Shown: in pieces, positions 28,049-39,935 of the stretch | How positions within the stretch are numbered: the first letter of the stretch is position 1 | How the letters are laid out: each line of letters opens with the position of its first letter | Assembly (NCBI GenBank): GCA_050250375.1 | Contig: JBFWOS010000001.1 | Span: 407,090-471,089, forward strand | Source of the DNA: Candidatus Omnitrophota bacterium | GTDB taxonomy: Bacteria > Omnitrophota > Gorgyraeia > Zapsychrales > Zapsychraceae | Reading direction: 5' to 3' | Length of the DNA stretch: 64,000 nt | The notes under the pieces: model-generated | Told to the model about the DNA's origin: nothing | The model's database searches: none | The model's input: the letters and a program-made list of their open reading frames with translations, nothing else | Program-made: the position numbers and the translations under genes

Positions 28049-29305
28049 TTAATTGCTTTCAATTAAAAACTTTGCCACACCTATCTCTTGCTTGCGGGTT
28101 TTGATACTCCGGTCAATCTTTTGAAGAAAAATTGTATTCATAATTTCTCCAATCTGCCGGCCGGATCGAGCCCCCATCTTTTTGATATCTTCGCCTTTAA
28201 TGCTAAGCCGAACATCCCGATCACATAAAAACTGTTTCAATCTTACTCGGATATTCTCTTTTGACGATCGACACCAAATATAGCAGAGCACTTCTTCTGT
28301 CAATCCACTCAACAATTGGAAATTTTCTGAGGGCTTTCTTGAGTCATTCGTCAATTTCTTTAAAATTAATGACGTATCATTGATTTGCAACAAACTCTTT
28401 CTCTTTTCTTTTCCAAGATTAAAACGAATTCCTATGCTATCGAGAACCCCCTGCTCATTACCTTCCAGCATACCCATGAAACATAAAAACCAGATAGACG
28501 CCCCTAATTTTTTAATCCTAGACTTTTCCTCGGCCACATTGCGCTGAATCAGTCGAAGCACAGGTAAGTTAATATCCAATTCTTCATTAACGGACAACAA
28601 AATGTTCAATTCGTCCAGCCGTTTAACAATAGGACACACATCTCCCTCATTTAATATTTTCTTTAATTCATTGAGAAACCGGTCCTTTGAAATTTCGTTA
28701 AATATATTTAATTTCAAAGCCTTCTTTAAAAGTGTCAGTGTTTTCCGCTCGATACTGAACCCCAACCGTTGCTCATACCTCACCGCTCTAAGGATACGCG
28801 TTGGATCGTCCAAGAAACTTTTCTCATGGAGAACCCTGATTTTCCGCTTCTTCAAATCTTCATATCCGTTAAATAAATCAATCAACTCACCTTTACCTGA
28901 GTTGTTAATATTCAGAGCCATCGCATTAATCGAGAAGTCCCGGCGGAACAAATCATCCTTCAAACTTCCACGACTTATAATGGGAAGCGCCCCCTTTTTC
29001 CGGTAATACTCTTTACGGGAACTGGCAAAATCAATGCGTTGACCCGACTTTAAAAACAACGTTGCTGTTTTAAATTCAGGATATGCGACTAACCGAAGCC
29101 TCTCTTTCTTAGCGAATTCTTTGGCAAAAACGATCGCATCTGACTCTACCACAATATCCAAATCGCAATTCATCTTTTTTAAAATTGTATCTCTAACTAT
29201 TCCTCCCGCCAGATAAATACCGATGCCTTGCGATGCCGCCTCGCGAACAATTCTATTTAGAATCGTTGCTGTTTGACGATTCAACTTAGGTAAAGACAAA
29301 AACAT
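28049..29305 (-). CDS. Class II tRNA nucleotidyltransferase (CCA- or A-adding type)
   Basis: GGIVRD..DLD, RKEYY...GALP, DLFRRDFSINAMA, SFLDDPTRILRAVR. Confidence 0.9.
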   Translation of the reverse strand: MFLSLPKLNRQTATILNRIVREAASQGIGIYLAGGIVRDTILKKMNCDLDIVVESDAIVFAKEFAKKERLRLVAYPEFKTATLFLKSGQRIDFASSRKEYYRKKGALPIISRGSLKDDLFRRDFSINAMALNINNSGKGELIDLFNGYEDLKKRKIRVLHEKSFLDDPTRILRAVRYEQRLGFSIERKTLTLLKKALKLNIFNEISKDRFLNELKKILNEGDVCPIVKRLDELNILLSVNEELDINLPVLRLIQRNVAEEKSRIKKLGASIWFLCFMGMLEGNEQGVLDSIGIRFNLGKEKRKSLLQINDTSLILKKLTNDSRKPSENFQLLSGLTEEVLCYIWCRSSKENIRVRLKQFLCDRDVRLSIKGEDIKKMGARSGRQIGEIMNTIFLQKIDRSIKTRKQEIGVAKFLIESN

Positions 29306-29308
29306 AAT

Positions 29309-30199
29309 TTATCCTCGCGGATGAAACTCCCGATGAACTGACTTTAGTCTTTCTTTGTCAACATGAGTATAAATCTGTGTCGTCGAAATATCCGCGTGCC
29401 CCAACATCTCCTGAACAGACCTTAAGTCGGCACCATTCTCCAATAAATGAGTAGCAAAGGAGTGTCTTAACGTATGCGGTTTAATTTCCTTCTTGATATT
29501 GGCCTTCTTCGCATGTTGTTTGATAATCTTCCAGATACTTTGCCGGCTGATTCTTTTTCCTAATCGGCTTAAAAACAATTGAACGGGCATTGCATTCTTG
29601 GCAAGCTTCACCCGAACGTTTTCACAATAATTAATTACCGCCTCTTTGGATCGTCGACCGATAGGTATAATTCGTTCTTTGTTTCCTTTTCCGATGCACC
29701 GGACAAAACCGACACTTAAGTCTATATTTTCTAGCTTCAAGTTCGACAATTCAGACACCCGCATACCACTCGCATAAAACAACTCTAAAATGGCTTTATC
29801 ACGAACGGCCTGCCACCCTTTCCCTTTAGAAACGTTGATCATAGATTCAATTTCCGAGGCTGTCAGCACATCCGGAATACGTTTCCAAAGTTTCGGTGTT
29901 TCCACTAAGTTGGTGGGATCTTCTTTGGCTAAACGCTCTCTGACCAAAAACCGGTGAAACGTCTTTATTGCCGCCAATGCTCTACAAATAGAGTTGGTTG
30001 ATAACTTCTTCTCCTTTTGATCGTACATAAAGTCTGTCACATGCTTTCTAACGACTGAATCCGCCTGAAAAACACCATTCCTCTTTAGAAATTGGGCGTA
30101 CTTCAACAAGTCCCTCCGGTATGCCAATAGAGTATTATTGGCTAACCCTCTTTCAACCGCAAGATAGTTTATAAATTCTTCAATATTCTTTATGAGCAT
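29309..30199 (-). CDS. xerD: Tyrosine recombinase XerD
   Basis: ERGLANNTLLAYRRDL, GMRVSE, GKGNKER, HTLRHSFATH, LGHADISTTQIYTH; start taken at MLIKN. Confidence 0.93.
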   Translation of the reverse strand: MLIKNIEEFINYLAVERGLANNTLLAYRRDLLKYAQFLKRNGVFQADSVVRKHVTDFMYDQKEKKLSTNSICRALAAIKTFHRFLVRERLAKEDPTNLVETPKLWKRIPDVLTASEIESMINVSKGKGWQAVRDKAILELFYASGMRVSELSNLKLENIDLSVGFVRCIGKGNKERIIPIGRRSKEAVINYCENVRVKLAKNAMPVQLFLSRLGKRISRQSIWKIIKQHAKKANIKKEIKPHTLRHSFATHLLENGADLRSVQEMLGHADISTTQIYTHVDKERLKSVHREFHPRG

Positions 30200-30200
30200 C

Positions 30201-32989
<2,789 letters not shown>

Positions 32990-33030
32990 TATGGAATAAA
33001 CTGTTGTAGTTAACAATAAAACAAGTTAGT

Positions 33031-33059
33031 AGTTTATCATTAATTAATAACGACGTCAA
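33031..33059 (-). promoter_or_regulatory. sigma70-like promoter for acyP-ligA and downstream genes
   Basis: TTGACG (33059-33054), 17-nt spacer, TAAACT (33036-33031). Confidence 0.55.
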
Positions 33060-33125
33060 ACATTTGGGTTTTACAACCACAACGTAAGACATTATGGGGT
33101 AATTACTTATGAAGTTTCTATGATT

Positions 33126-33560
33126 TTAATTTTCTTTAATCCCAAAACCAATTTCCGCTTCAGATACCAGTTTATCACGGACGAAGGCTTTGGTTTTCAA
33201 GAAACCTGCCTTGGGAAGGAGTTTTATACCCGTTACTTCAATCCTAAGCTGGTCCCCGGGTACGACCGGAGCAATAAACTTAGAAGTAACTTTGGCTAAA
33301 TAATAGATCAAATCTTTACCCTGCATATTTTTGCTGTAATAAAAATAAATACATCCAGCCTGGGCCATGGCTTCAATAATCAATACACCCGGCATCACTT
33401 TTTCTTCAGGAAAATGTCCGACAAAATAATTTTCATTGATGGATACGTTCTTGATGGCCACGAGTTTTTCATTAGGAACCAATTCGGTCACTTTATCAAT
33501 CATTAAAAATGGAAAACGATGGGGGATGATCTTTTGTATTTCTCGTATGTCTAACTGCAT
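33126..33560 (-). CDS. fabZ: 3-hydroxyacyl-ACP dehydratase
   Basis: IPHRFPFLMID, FVGHFP..VMPGVLIIEAMAQ (catalytic His and Glu present). Confidence 0.93.
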   Translation of the reverse strand: MQLDIREIQKIIPHRFPFLMIDKVTELVPNEKLVAIKNVSINENYFVGHFPEEKVMPGVLIIEAMAQAGCIYFYYSKNMQGKDLIYYLAKVTSKFIAPVVPGDQLRIEVTGIKLLPKAGFLKTKAFVRDKLVSEAEIGFGIKEN

Positions 33561-33588
33561 TATAATATTTCCTCTCTCAAAAATTATG

Positions 33589-34341
33589 TTACCTCATGGC
33601 TAAACCACCGTCAACGACAATTACTTGTCCCGTTATATATCCGGCGGCTTCACTCAAAAGAAAGGCAACGCAATTTGAAACATCTTCCGGCGTTCCAATT
33701 CGCCCTAGTGGTATTTCTTGTTTAAATTGCACCATCTGTTCTTCTGTAAACTTGGATAAAATCTCTGTCTGGATAAAACCCGGGGCGATTGCATTGACCT
33801 TCACATTAAACCGCGCAACTTCCTTGGCCAATGCTTTAGTAAATGCGTTCATTCCCCCCTTGCTTGCAGAATAATTAGTCTGTCCAACCAGTCCAATCAC
33901 ACCGCTGATTGACGAAATATTAATAATATCCCCCTGTTTCTGTTTCATAAATGAAACAATGCAATGCCGGCATACATTAAACATCCCGTTGAGATTGGTA
34001 TCTATAACCTTGTGCCACTGTTCCGGCGCCATCATCATTAAGGCCTTATCGTCAATAACACCGGCATTGTTGACCAGAATGTGAAATTCCCCGAATTCCT
34101 GTTTAATTTCATCAATCCATGTTTTTACGGCACCATAATCCGCGATATTTACAGATTTTTTATGGCAACGGACACCCTTTTCCTCCACGAGATCATAGAG
34201 CGTTTGTGCCTCGGACTCACTGGTTAAATAATTAAAGGCGATGTTGCAACCCAAAGAAGCTAATTTAATAACAATATCCCGGCCGATTCCCCGGCTCGCA
34301 CCGGTAACGATGGCCACTTTTCCATTTAAATTATGATTCAT
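33589..34341 (-). CDS. fabG: 3-oxoacyl-ACP reductase
   Basis: TGASRGIG, LVNNAG, NISS, GQTNYSASK, VDGG. Confidence 0.9.
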   Translation of the reverse strand: MNHNLNGKVAIVTGASRGIGRDIVIKLASLGCNIAFNYLTSESEAQTLYDLVEEKGVRCHKKSVNIADYGAVKTWIDEIKQEFGEFHILVNNAGVIDDKALMMMAPEQWHKVIDTNLNGMFNVCRHCIVSFMKQKQGDIINISSISGVIGLVGQTNYSASKGGMNAFTKALAKEVARFNVKVNAIAPGFIQTEILSKFTEEQMVQFKQEIPLGRIGTPEDVSNCVAFLLSEAAGYITGQVIVVDGGLAMR

Positions 34342-35575
34342 ATTTTCCTAAGACCATACAGGCATGGTTTCCGCTGGGGCCAAATGAATTGATTAAAATA
34401 TTTCTTACTTTTGACTCCCGCGATTGGTTTGGCACATAATCAAGGTCACATTCCGGATCGATCTCTTGAAAATTTGTGGTAGGAGGAATAAACTCATTCA
34501 CCAGAGAACCCACACAAGCCGCTGTAGCAAATGCCCCTCCGGCGCTGTATGTCTCCCCGACCATGGATTTTATTGAACTAACCGGGATATGCATACTCCT
34601 TTGACCAAAAACCTCTTTTATTGCTTTTGTTTCAATTTGATCTGCCGATAAGGTAGAATTGGCATTCGCGCATATGTAATCAATATCGTGGATTCCGATT
34701 TTTGCATCATTCAAGGCATCCTTCATTGCCTCAATCATTCCGACTCCACGCGGGTTAAATTTATTGAGACGGTACGGATCAAAATAATAACCGAAGCCGA
34801 GAATTTCAGCCATGATCACCGCATTCCGCTCGAGGGCATGATCAAGTTCTTCAAAAGCTAACAAACAGGCCCCCTCACCAAACGTTATCCCGTTTCTACG
34901 GCGGTCAAACGGACAACTGATATACCGGCTCCCCTCTACGGAACCCGATAAATACTGCAAGGCGTGAAACCCGAGAAAAGTCGGTTCACATAATTCCTCA
35001 ACACTTCCGGTATAAACCATTTTAACCCTGCCCATCTTAATAAAATCGCAGGCGTAACTCATGGCATCAAGGCTGGCCGTGAATCCGGTAGAAATAGTTG
35101 TATTAAATCCCTGAATATTATTCCAAATCGAAACCTGGCTTGCCGGTGAATTAATTACCGTGTTCGGAAAATGGGCCGGATTTGTATACCTGGGACCTTC
35201 CGTTAACGTCACTTTATCAAAGTCACTGATACTTTTCAAACTTCCAAACGTCGTTCCAACGGAGACACCAACATCATCCGTATTTTGTTCGGTGATCACG
35301 TATCGACTGTCATCAATGCAAAGCCTGGCCGCAGAACATAATAATTTTGTACTGCGATCCAATGAACGCAGCCCTTTCTGCCCCATATAAATTGTTGGAT
35401 CAAAATCACTGATTTCTCCGGCGATATTGACCCTAAACCGCTCATCAACGTCAAAGAGCGTGATCGGTTTAAAACCGTCCTGACCGTTTCTAAGAGCTTG
35501 CCAAAATTCTTCCTTGCCTTTGCCATTACAAGCTAAAACACCTACCCCGGTGATCACTACGCGCTTATCCATCAT
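34331..35575 (-). CDS. FabF-like ketosynthase homolog lacking the catalytic triad (chain-length-factor-like)
   Basis: FabF scaffold (RVVITGVG, PFDRRRNG..GEGA, NSFG), but STGFTAS in place of STACAS, CANANST in place of NAHGTST, and MVGETYS in place of MTGHxxG. Confidence 0.85.
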   Translation of the reverse strand: MMDKRVVITGVGVLACNGKGKEEFWQALRNGQDGFKPITLFDVDERFRVNIAGEISDFDPTIYMGQKGLRSLDRSTKLLCSAARLCIDDSRYVITEQNTDDVGVSVGTTFGSLKSISDFDKVTLTEGPRYTNPAHFPNTVINSPASQVSIWNNIQGFNTTISTGFTASLDAMSYACDFIKMGRVKMVYTGSVEELCEPTFLGFHALQYLSGSVEGSRYISCPFDRRRNGITFGEGACLLAFEELDHALERNAVIMAEILGFGYYFDPYRLNKFNPRGVGMIEAMKDALNDAKIGIHDIDYICANANSTLSADQIETKAIKEVFGQRSMHIPVSSIKSMVGETYSAGGAFATAACVGSLVNEFIPPTTNFQEIDPECDLDYVPNQSRESKVRNILINSFGPSGNHACMVLGKYES

Positions 35576-36165
35576 CTTCTATCCGCCATCTGCCTTTCTA
35601 TATACCTAGCCAGAATATCTACCTCGATATTAACCGACATTTGTTCTTTGAGTAATCCCAAATTGGTTTCTTTTTCCGTCAAAGGAATGATATAAACTGA
35701 AAAATATTCCTTAGTGACCGCCCCAACTGTCAAACTCACTCCATTTATACAAATTGACCCTTTAGGAGCAATAAATCTTGCAATTAAATGATCCAGGGAG
35801 AATCGCAACTCAAGATAATTCTCTTTTGCAATTCTTTTTATCAACATCGAAACTTGATCCACATGCCCTGTAACAATATGCCCATCCAAACGTCCGCTGG
35901 ATTTTACAGCCCTTTCCAGGTTAACTTTGTCACCGCTCTTGAGCTTGCCCAATGTCGTTTTTTCCAATGTCTCAGCCATGGCATCAAATATCAGATTCTT
36001 TTCTTCGACGGCCGTTACAGTCAAACAAACCCCGTTAACACAAATGCTGCTCCCCAATCTAACGCCTTTACTAATTTTAGTCGCTTGAACGACTAAAATA
36101 GCCAAGTTTTCTTTGCTGACAAGCCTCTTAACGGTCCCTATCTCTTCAACGATTCCTGTGAACAT
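35572..36165 (-). CDS. ribE: Riboflavin synthase (alpha type)
   Basis: MFTGIVEE N-terminus, NGVCLTV, VNLER, GHIVTGHVD, VNIEVD. Confidence 0.97.
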   Translation of the reverse strand: MFTGIVEEIGTVKRLVSKENLAILVVQATKISKGVRLGSSICVNGVCLTVTAVEEKNLIFDAMAETLEKTTLGKLKSGDKVNLERAVKSSGRLDGHIVTGHVDQVSMLIKRIAKENYLELRFSLDHLIARFIAPKGSICINGVSLTVGAVTKEYFSVYIIPLTEKETNLGLLKEQMSVNIEVDILARYIERQMADRR

Positions 36166-36823
36166 CGGCCACCACCAAAATGTCTTTATTAAATTTTCTT
36201 ATTTTCCGAATCTTCAATATACAGGTTTTCTTAATACTTTTAATCAACAAACCATCAATGGAATTTTTTGCCATGGAATCACCCACTATTTTGGGCGCAA
36301 TATAAATATGCATTTGATGGATAATTTTTTCTTTAAGAGCAGCGCCAATGATGGTAGCTCCCCCTTCAATAAGCAACTTCTTTATACCTTTATCTAAAAG
36401 CATCCTGGATAAATAATTCAAATCTACTCTTTTATTCTTTGCCGGACATTGAATCACCTGAACCTTCAAATCTTCTAATTTTCTTTTCTTACTTAACGAC
36501 GCATTTCTGGTTGTTGCGACAATCCATCTATGACCTGACTTGAACAGCCTTGCTTTTGTCGATATACGTAATGAAGAATCAACAACAATCTTCTGAAGAT
36601 TTTTATTTCTTATTCCTGTCAATCGCGGATCGTCTTTGATAACCGTATCAATTCCTACCAGGATCGCGTCAAAACGGTCCCGTTGCTTCCGGGCATATTT
36701 TCTGGTGTCACCGGAAGTAATCCATTTGGACTGGCCGGTTCTGGTTGCAATCTTACCATCAATCGTCTGGGCACATTTCGCAACGACGAATAAAGATTCC
36801 GACCTATTCTTACCCATTTGCAA
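36146..36823 (-). CDS. Stand-alone RibD reductase domain (no deaminase domain)
   Basis: KCAQTIDGKIA...SKWIT, AILVGIDTVIKDDPRLT, LIEGGA, YIAPKIVG; only 225 aa; no HAE...PC..C motif. Confidence 0.9.
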   Translation of the reverse strand: MQMGKNRSESLFVVAKCAQTIDGKIATRTGQSKWITSGDTRKYARKQRDRFDAILVGIDTVIKDDPRLTGIRNKNLQKIVVDSSLRISTKARLFKSGHRWIVATTRNASLSKKRKLEDLKVQVIQCPAKNKRVDLNYLSRMLLDKGIKKLLIEGGATIIGAALKEKIIHQMHIYIAPKIVGDSMAKNSIDGLLIKSIKKTCILKIRKIRKFNKDILVVADVHRNR

Positions 36824-37634
36824 CTGCCTTTAGTTTTTCTACTATTTCATAGGGAATTGTAACTTTCCCCAAATATGTATTCTTCTTTGCATCACCATGC
36901 GCATCCGAACCGCCTGTTGCGACCAAATTGTACTTGTCTGCCAAATTCGCATAAAACTCGATTGTAGCCGGCATACAATTCGGATAATAAACCTCTATCC
37001 CTTTTAGACCCGCGTCAACCAGACCTGGGATAAGTTCATCGACCATAGTAAACATTGGATGGGCCAATACCGGCACACCGCCATATTTTAGGATCAATTC
37101 TATCCCTTCGGTCGGAGTTAATTTCAACTTGGGGGCGTAAGCAGGTTTATCATCCGCCAGATACCGGTCAAACGCAGCCTTGATGTTCGGGACAATCCCG
37201 TGTTTTACCATCACCGCGGCCAAATGCGGCCGGCCAACAGCGTTGCTTTCTGTCAAGGCGCAGACTTCATCAAAATCAATGTTTCCAACCCCAAGGTCAT
37301 TTAACTTACTAATCATTAATTTCATTCTTTCAAGCCGGGAATACTGCAACCGATTTAAACTTTCAATCAGATTAGAATTCTTATAAGAAATCAGATACCC
37401 TAAAATGTGAACATCTTTATTATTGGCTTGAGTAGAAAGTTCGATTCCAGGGATTACTTCTATGCCGTATTGTGCGGCCGCCACCATAGTCGGCGCAATC
37501 CCTTCAACTATATCGTGATCGGTTATTGCTATACACTGGATTCCTAACTGGTATGCTTTTTCTACGACTTCCTGGGGAGAAGATGTACTATCGGAATAGT
37601 GGGTATGAATGTGCAGATCGGCTATTTTAGCCAT
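36810..37634 (-). CDS. PHP-domain metallohydrolase (TrpH/YciV-like)
   Basis: DLHIHTHYSD, AITDHD, IPGIEL, VHILGY, GRPHLA, LAHP, TGGSDAHG. Confidence 0.92.
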   Translation of the reverse strand: MAKIADLHIHTHYSDSTSSPQEVVEKAYQLGIQCIAITDHDIVEGIAPTMVAAAQYGIEVIPGIELSTQANNKDVHILGYLISYKNSNLIESLNRLQYSRLERMKLMISKLNDLGVGNIDFDEVCALTESNAVGRPHLAAVMVKHGIVPNIKAAFDRYLADDKPAYAPKLKLTPTEGIELILKYGGVPVLAHPMFTMVDELIPGLVDAGLKGIEVYYPNCMPATIEFYANLADKYNLVATGGSDAHGDAKKNTYLGKVTIPYEIVEKLKAVANG

Positions 37635-37635
37635 A

Positions 37636-38058
37636 TCAAGATTTTTTTTCGGCCATTTCAGTTTTATGAATTTTGTCTAGAATTCCATTGACGAACTTGC
37701 TGGACTCCACGTCTCCATACTTTTTGGCTAACTCGACCGCTTCGTTGATTGAAACCTTCGGAGGAATATCTTCGGCATATAACAGTTCATAGACACCCAT
37801 GCGTAAAATATTTCGATCAATAATAGCCATCCGCTTCAATTGCCAATTGGTCGCGTATTTGGAAATCTTCTCATCAATGATTGTAATATTACTTTCCACC
37901 CCTAATACGATTCGGTCTGAAAAGTTATGTACGGTCTGATCAAACTTTTCTTTCTGGACCCAATAATTCTCGTTCGCTGCCGTTATGGTCCTTTTTGTTA
38001 CCTCGGCCTGATAAAGTATTTTTAAAGACTCTTCTCGCCCTTTACTTCTCTTTCGCAT
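37636..38058 (-). CDS. nusB: Transcription antitermination factor NusB
   Basis: R..GRE...[38 protein letters not shown]. Confidence 0.97.
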   Translation of the reverse strand: MRKRSKGREESLKILYQAEVTKRTITAANENYWVQKEKFDQTVHNFSDRIVLGVESNITIIDEKISKYATNWQLKRMAIIDRNILRMGVYELLYAEDIPPKVSINEAVELAKKYGDVESSKFVNGILDKIHKTEMAEKKS

Positions 38059-38093
38059 TTAATTTTTCCTCGTCGGTTATGTAATCCTGACAA

Positions 38094-38558
38094 TTAAATT
38101 TCTGGCAGTAAATTGACCATTTCAACCGCTGTTTCCGCGGCATCCCGCCCCTTGTTGTGACCTTTTGGTTGGGAACGCTTATCAATCAATTTAACTGATT
38201 TAGCTGCTAAAATCTCAAATATTACCGGCTTCTGCGACTGTAGCGATACCTGCATAATGCCACTTGCCACATTATCTGTAACTAATCGATAATGCTCCGT
38301 TTGCCCCTCAATGACGGCCCCCAAACATATAACCGCATTGATATCTTTCTTAGTAGCATATTTAAGGGCGATTAAGGGGATTTCAAATGCCCCCGGAACC
38401 CAAGCAACCTTAATATCCTTTTGAGAAACACCCAGCTTAGACAGTTGATCCAAACAACCGTTCAGTAAACGCCGGGTAATAGTTTCATTAAAACGTGAAA
38501 CCACAATCGCTATTCTGATTCCCTTACCAGAATTTTTCTTTACGGTCTGCATTTTCAT
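38094..38558 (-). CDS. ribH: Lumazine synthase
   Basis: IVVSRFN, VPGAFEIP, ICLGAVIEGQTEH, NKGRDAA..AVEM. Confidence 0.96.
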   Translation of the reverse strand: MKMQTVKKNSGKGIRIAIVVSRFNETITRRLLNGCLDQLSKLGVSQKDIKVAWVPGAFEIPLIALKYATKKDINAVICLGAVIEGQTEHYRLVTDNVASGIMQVSLQSQKPVIFEILAAKSVKLIDKRSQPKGHNKGRDAAETAVEMVNLLPEI

Positions 38559-38621
38559 CGAAAAAACTATAGAATCCTCTTTAAAAAATTTTATCCGAAC
38601 TTCAAATGCCGATTATCTAAA

Positions 38622-39770
38622 TCAAACTTTCGTCTTTTGCGACGAAAACACAGATAAGGGTACACGTTCCGTGACAGACAATCCAAAACCTTCTAAACCA
38701 ACTATCTTTCGGGGATTATTCGTAAGTAATCGTATATTCTTGACACCCAAATCAACGAGTATTTGTGCCCCTAACCCATAATGCCTTAAATCCGGCAATA
38801 GGGAAAATTCTTCCTGAGAATCCTGCTTTACAGCATTATTCTTTAAGCCGTTCAATTTATCAAAATTCAATCGAGGCATTGACTGTCTCATATAAATGAC
38901 AACGCCAGAACCATTTTCATTAATCATTTTAAAAGCGGTGGCTAAAGCACCCGAACTTTTTAACCCCTTGGCCTGAAACACATCGTTAAGTATATTCTCG
39001 GCATGAACACGGACAAGAGTCGGTTCATTAGTCTGGATATCCCCATAAACCAAAGCAATATGCTCCAGATCATCAACTTGGGAATGGTATTTAATAACCT
39101 TAAAATCACCATATTCTGTCGATAGGACGTTTTCATCACCACGTTCAACCAACTTCTGATATTTCGTTAAATATTCAATTAGACTGTCGATGGTACAAAT
39201 CTTAATTGAATGTTTTTTTGAAAACTCGATCAGGTCGTTGGTTCGGGCCATTGTTCCGTCTTCATTCATTATCTCACAGATAACACCAGCCGGATATAAA
39301 CCAGCCAAACGAGTCAAATCCACAGATGCCTCTGTATGTCCAGCCCGGACTAATACCCCGCCTCTCTGGGCACGAAGAGGAAAAAGGTGGCCAGGAGTTA
39401 TAATATCCGTTGGTTTTGTTTTTTGTTCAATGAGAAGTTTCACCGTGTATGCCCTGTCAGCAGCAGAAATGCCGGTCGTTATTCCTTTGGCCGCATCAAC
39501 TGAAATGGCCCATCCGGTATCGCATTTTTGATGCTTTCGGCTATGATCAATTTTCATGGGGTGAAGATCCAATTCATCCAAACGGGTCGCTTCCATCGGA
39601 ACGCAGACTAAACCCCGCGCCTCTTTCGCCATAAAATTAATAATTTCAGGCGTAATGTATTCAGCGGCGCATAATAAATCGCCTTCATTTTCACGACCTT
39701 CATCATCCATAACGATGATCATTTTTCCAGTTTTTAGATCTTCAAGAACTTCCCCGATAGTGTTAAACAT
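38622..39770 (-). CDS. ribB: DHBP synthase fused to a degenerate GTP cyclohydrolase II domain (RibBX-type)
   Basis: Intact RibB motifs (DDEGRENEGD, TTGISAADR, PGHLFPL, RAGHTE, CEI); the C-terminal domain reads VRVHAENILNDVFQAKGLKS, lacking the three Zn-binding Cys. Confidence 0.9.
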   Translation of the reverse strand: MFNTIGEVLEDLKTGKMIIVMDDEGRENEGDLLCAAEYITPEIINFMAKEARGLVCVPMEATRLDELDLHPMKIDHSRKHQKCDTGWAISVDAAKGITTGISAADRAYTVKLLIEQKTKPTDIITPGHLFPLRAQRGGVLVRAGHTEASVDLTRLAGLYPAGVICEIMNEDGTMARTNDLIEFSKKHSIKICTIDSLIEYLTKYQKLVERGDENVLSTEYGDFKVIKYHSQVDDLEHIALVYGDIQTNEPTLVRVHAENILNDVFQAKGLKSSGALATAFKMINENGSGVVIYMRQSMPRLNFDKLNGLKNNAVKQDSQEEFSLLPDLRHYGLGAQILVDLGVKNIRLLTNNPRKIVGLEGFGLSVTERVPLSVFSSQKTKV

Positions 39771-39803
39771 GACTTTCCCTCTCTGATGGTTATCCTATGA
39801 TAT

Positions 39804-39831
39804 AAAAAAATCCCACTCAACCGTTGGGATT
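39804..39831 (-). terminator. Terminator-like hairpin in the 5' leader of the rib operon
   Basis: AATCCCA-ACGGTTGAG-TGGGA followed by a T7 tract, about 35 nt upstream of the ribB ATG. Confidence 0.55.
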
Positions 39832-39874
39832 AGTATTATATTATTACTATAAATAATATAGTCCTTTTTTGGTT

Positions 39875-39928
39875 TGTACTATATTCGAAATGATTAAACT
39901 TGTCAAGGAATTTGTCCTGCCCTATAAT
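39875..39928. promoter_or_regulatory. Bidirectional sigma70 promoter cassette, copy 1 (ribB on minus, cinA/pncC on plus)
   Basis: Minus: TTGACA-17-TATAGT; plus: TTGTCA-17-TATAAT; overlapping -35 boxes in TTGTCAA (39900-39906). Confidence 0.75.
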
Positions 39929-39935
39929 ACCTTTT

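Noticed and set aside
34331-35575. Annotation as functional FabF, or as a pseudogene
   Set aside because: The triad is absent, so it is not an active FabF; the ORF is intact and coupled to both neighbours, so there is no evidence of decay.
38622-39770. Annotation as bifunctional RibBA
   Set aside because: The Zn-binding cysteines of the GTP cyclohydrolase II domain are missing.
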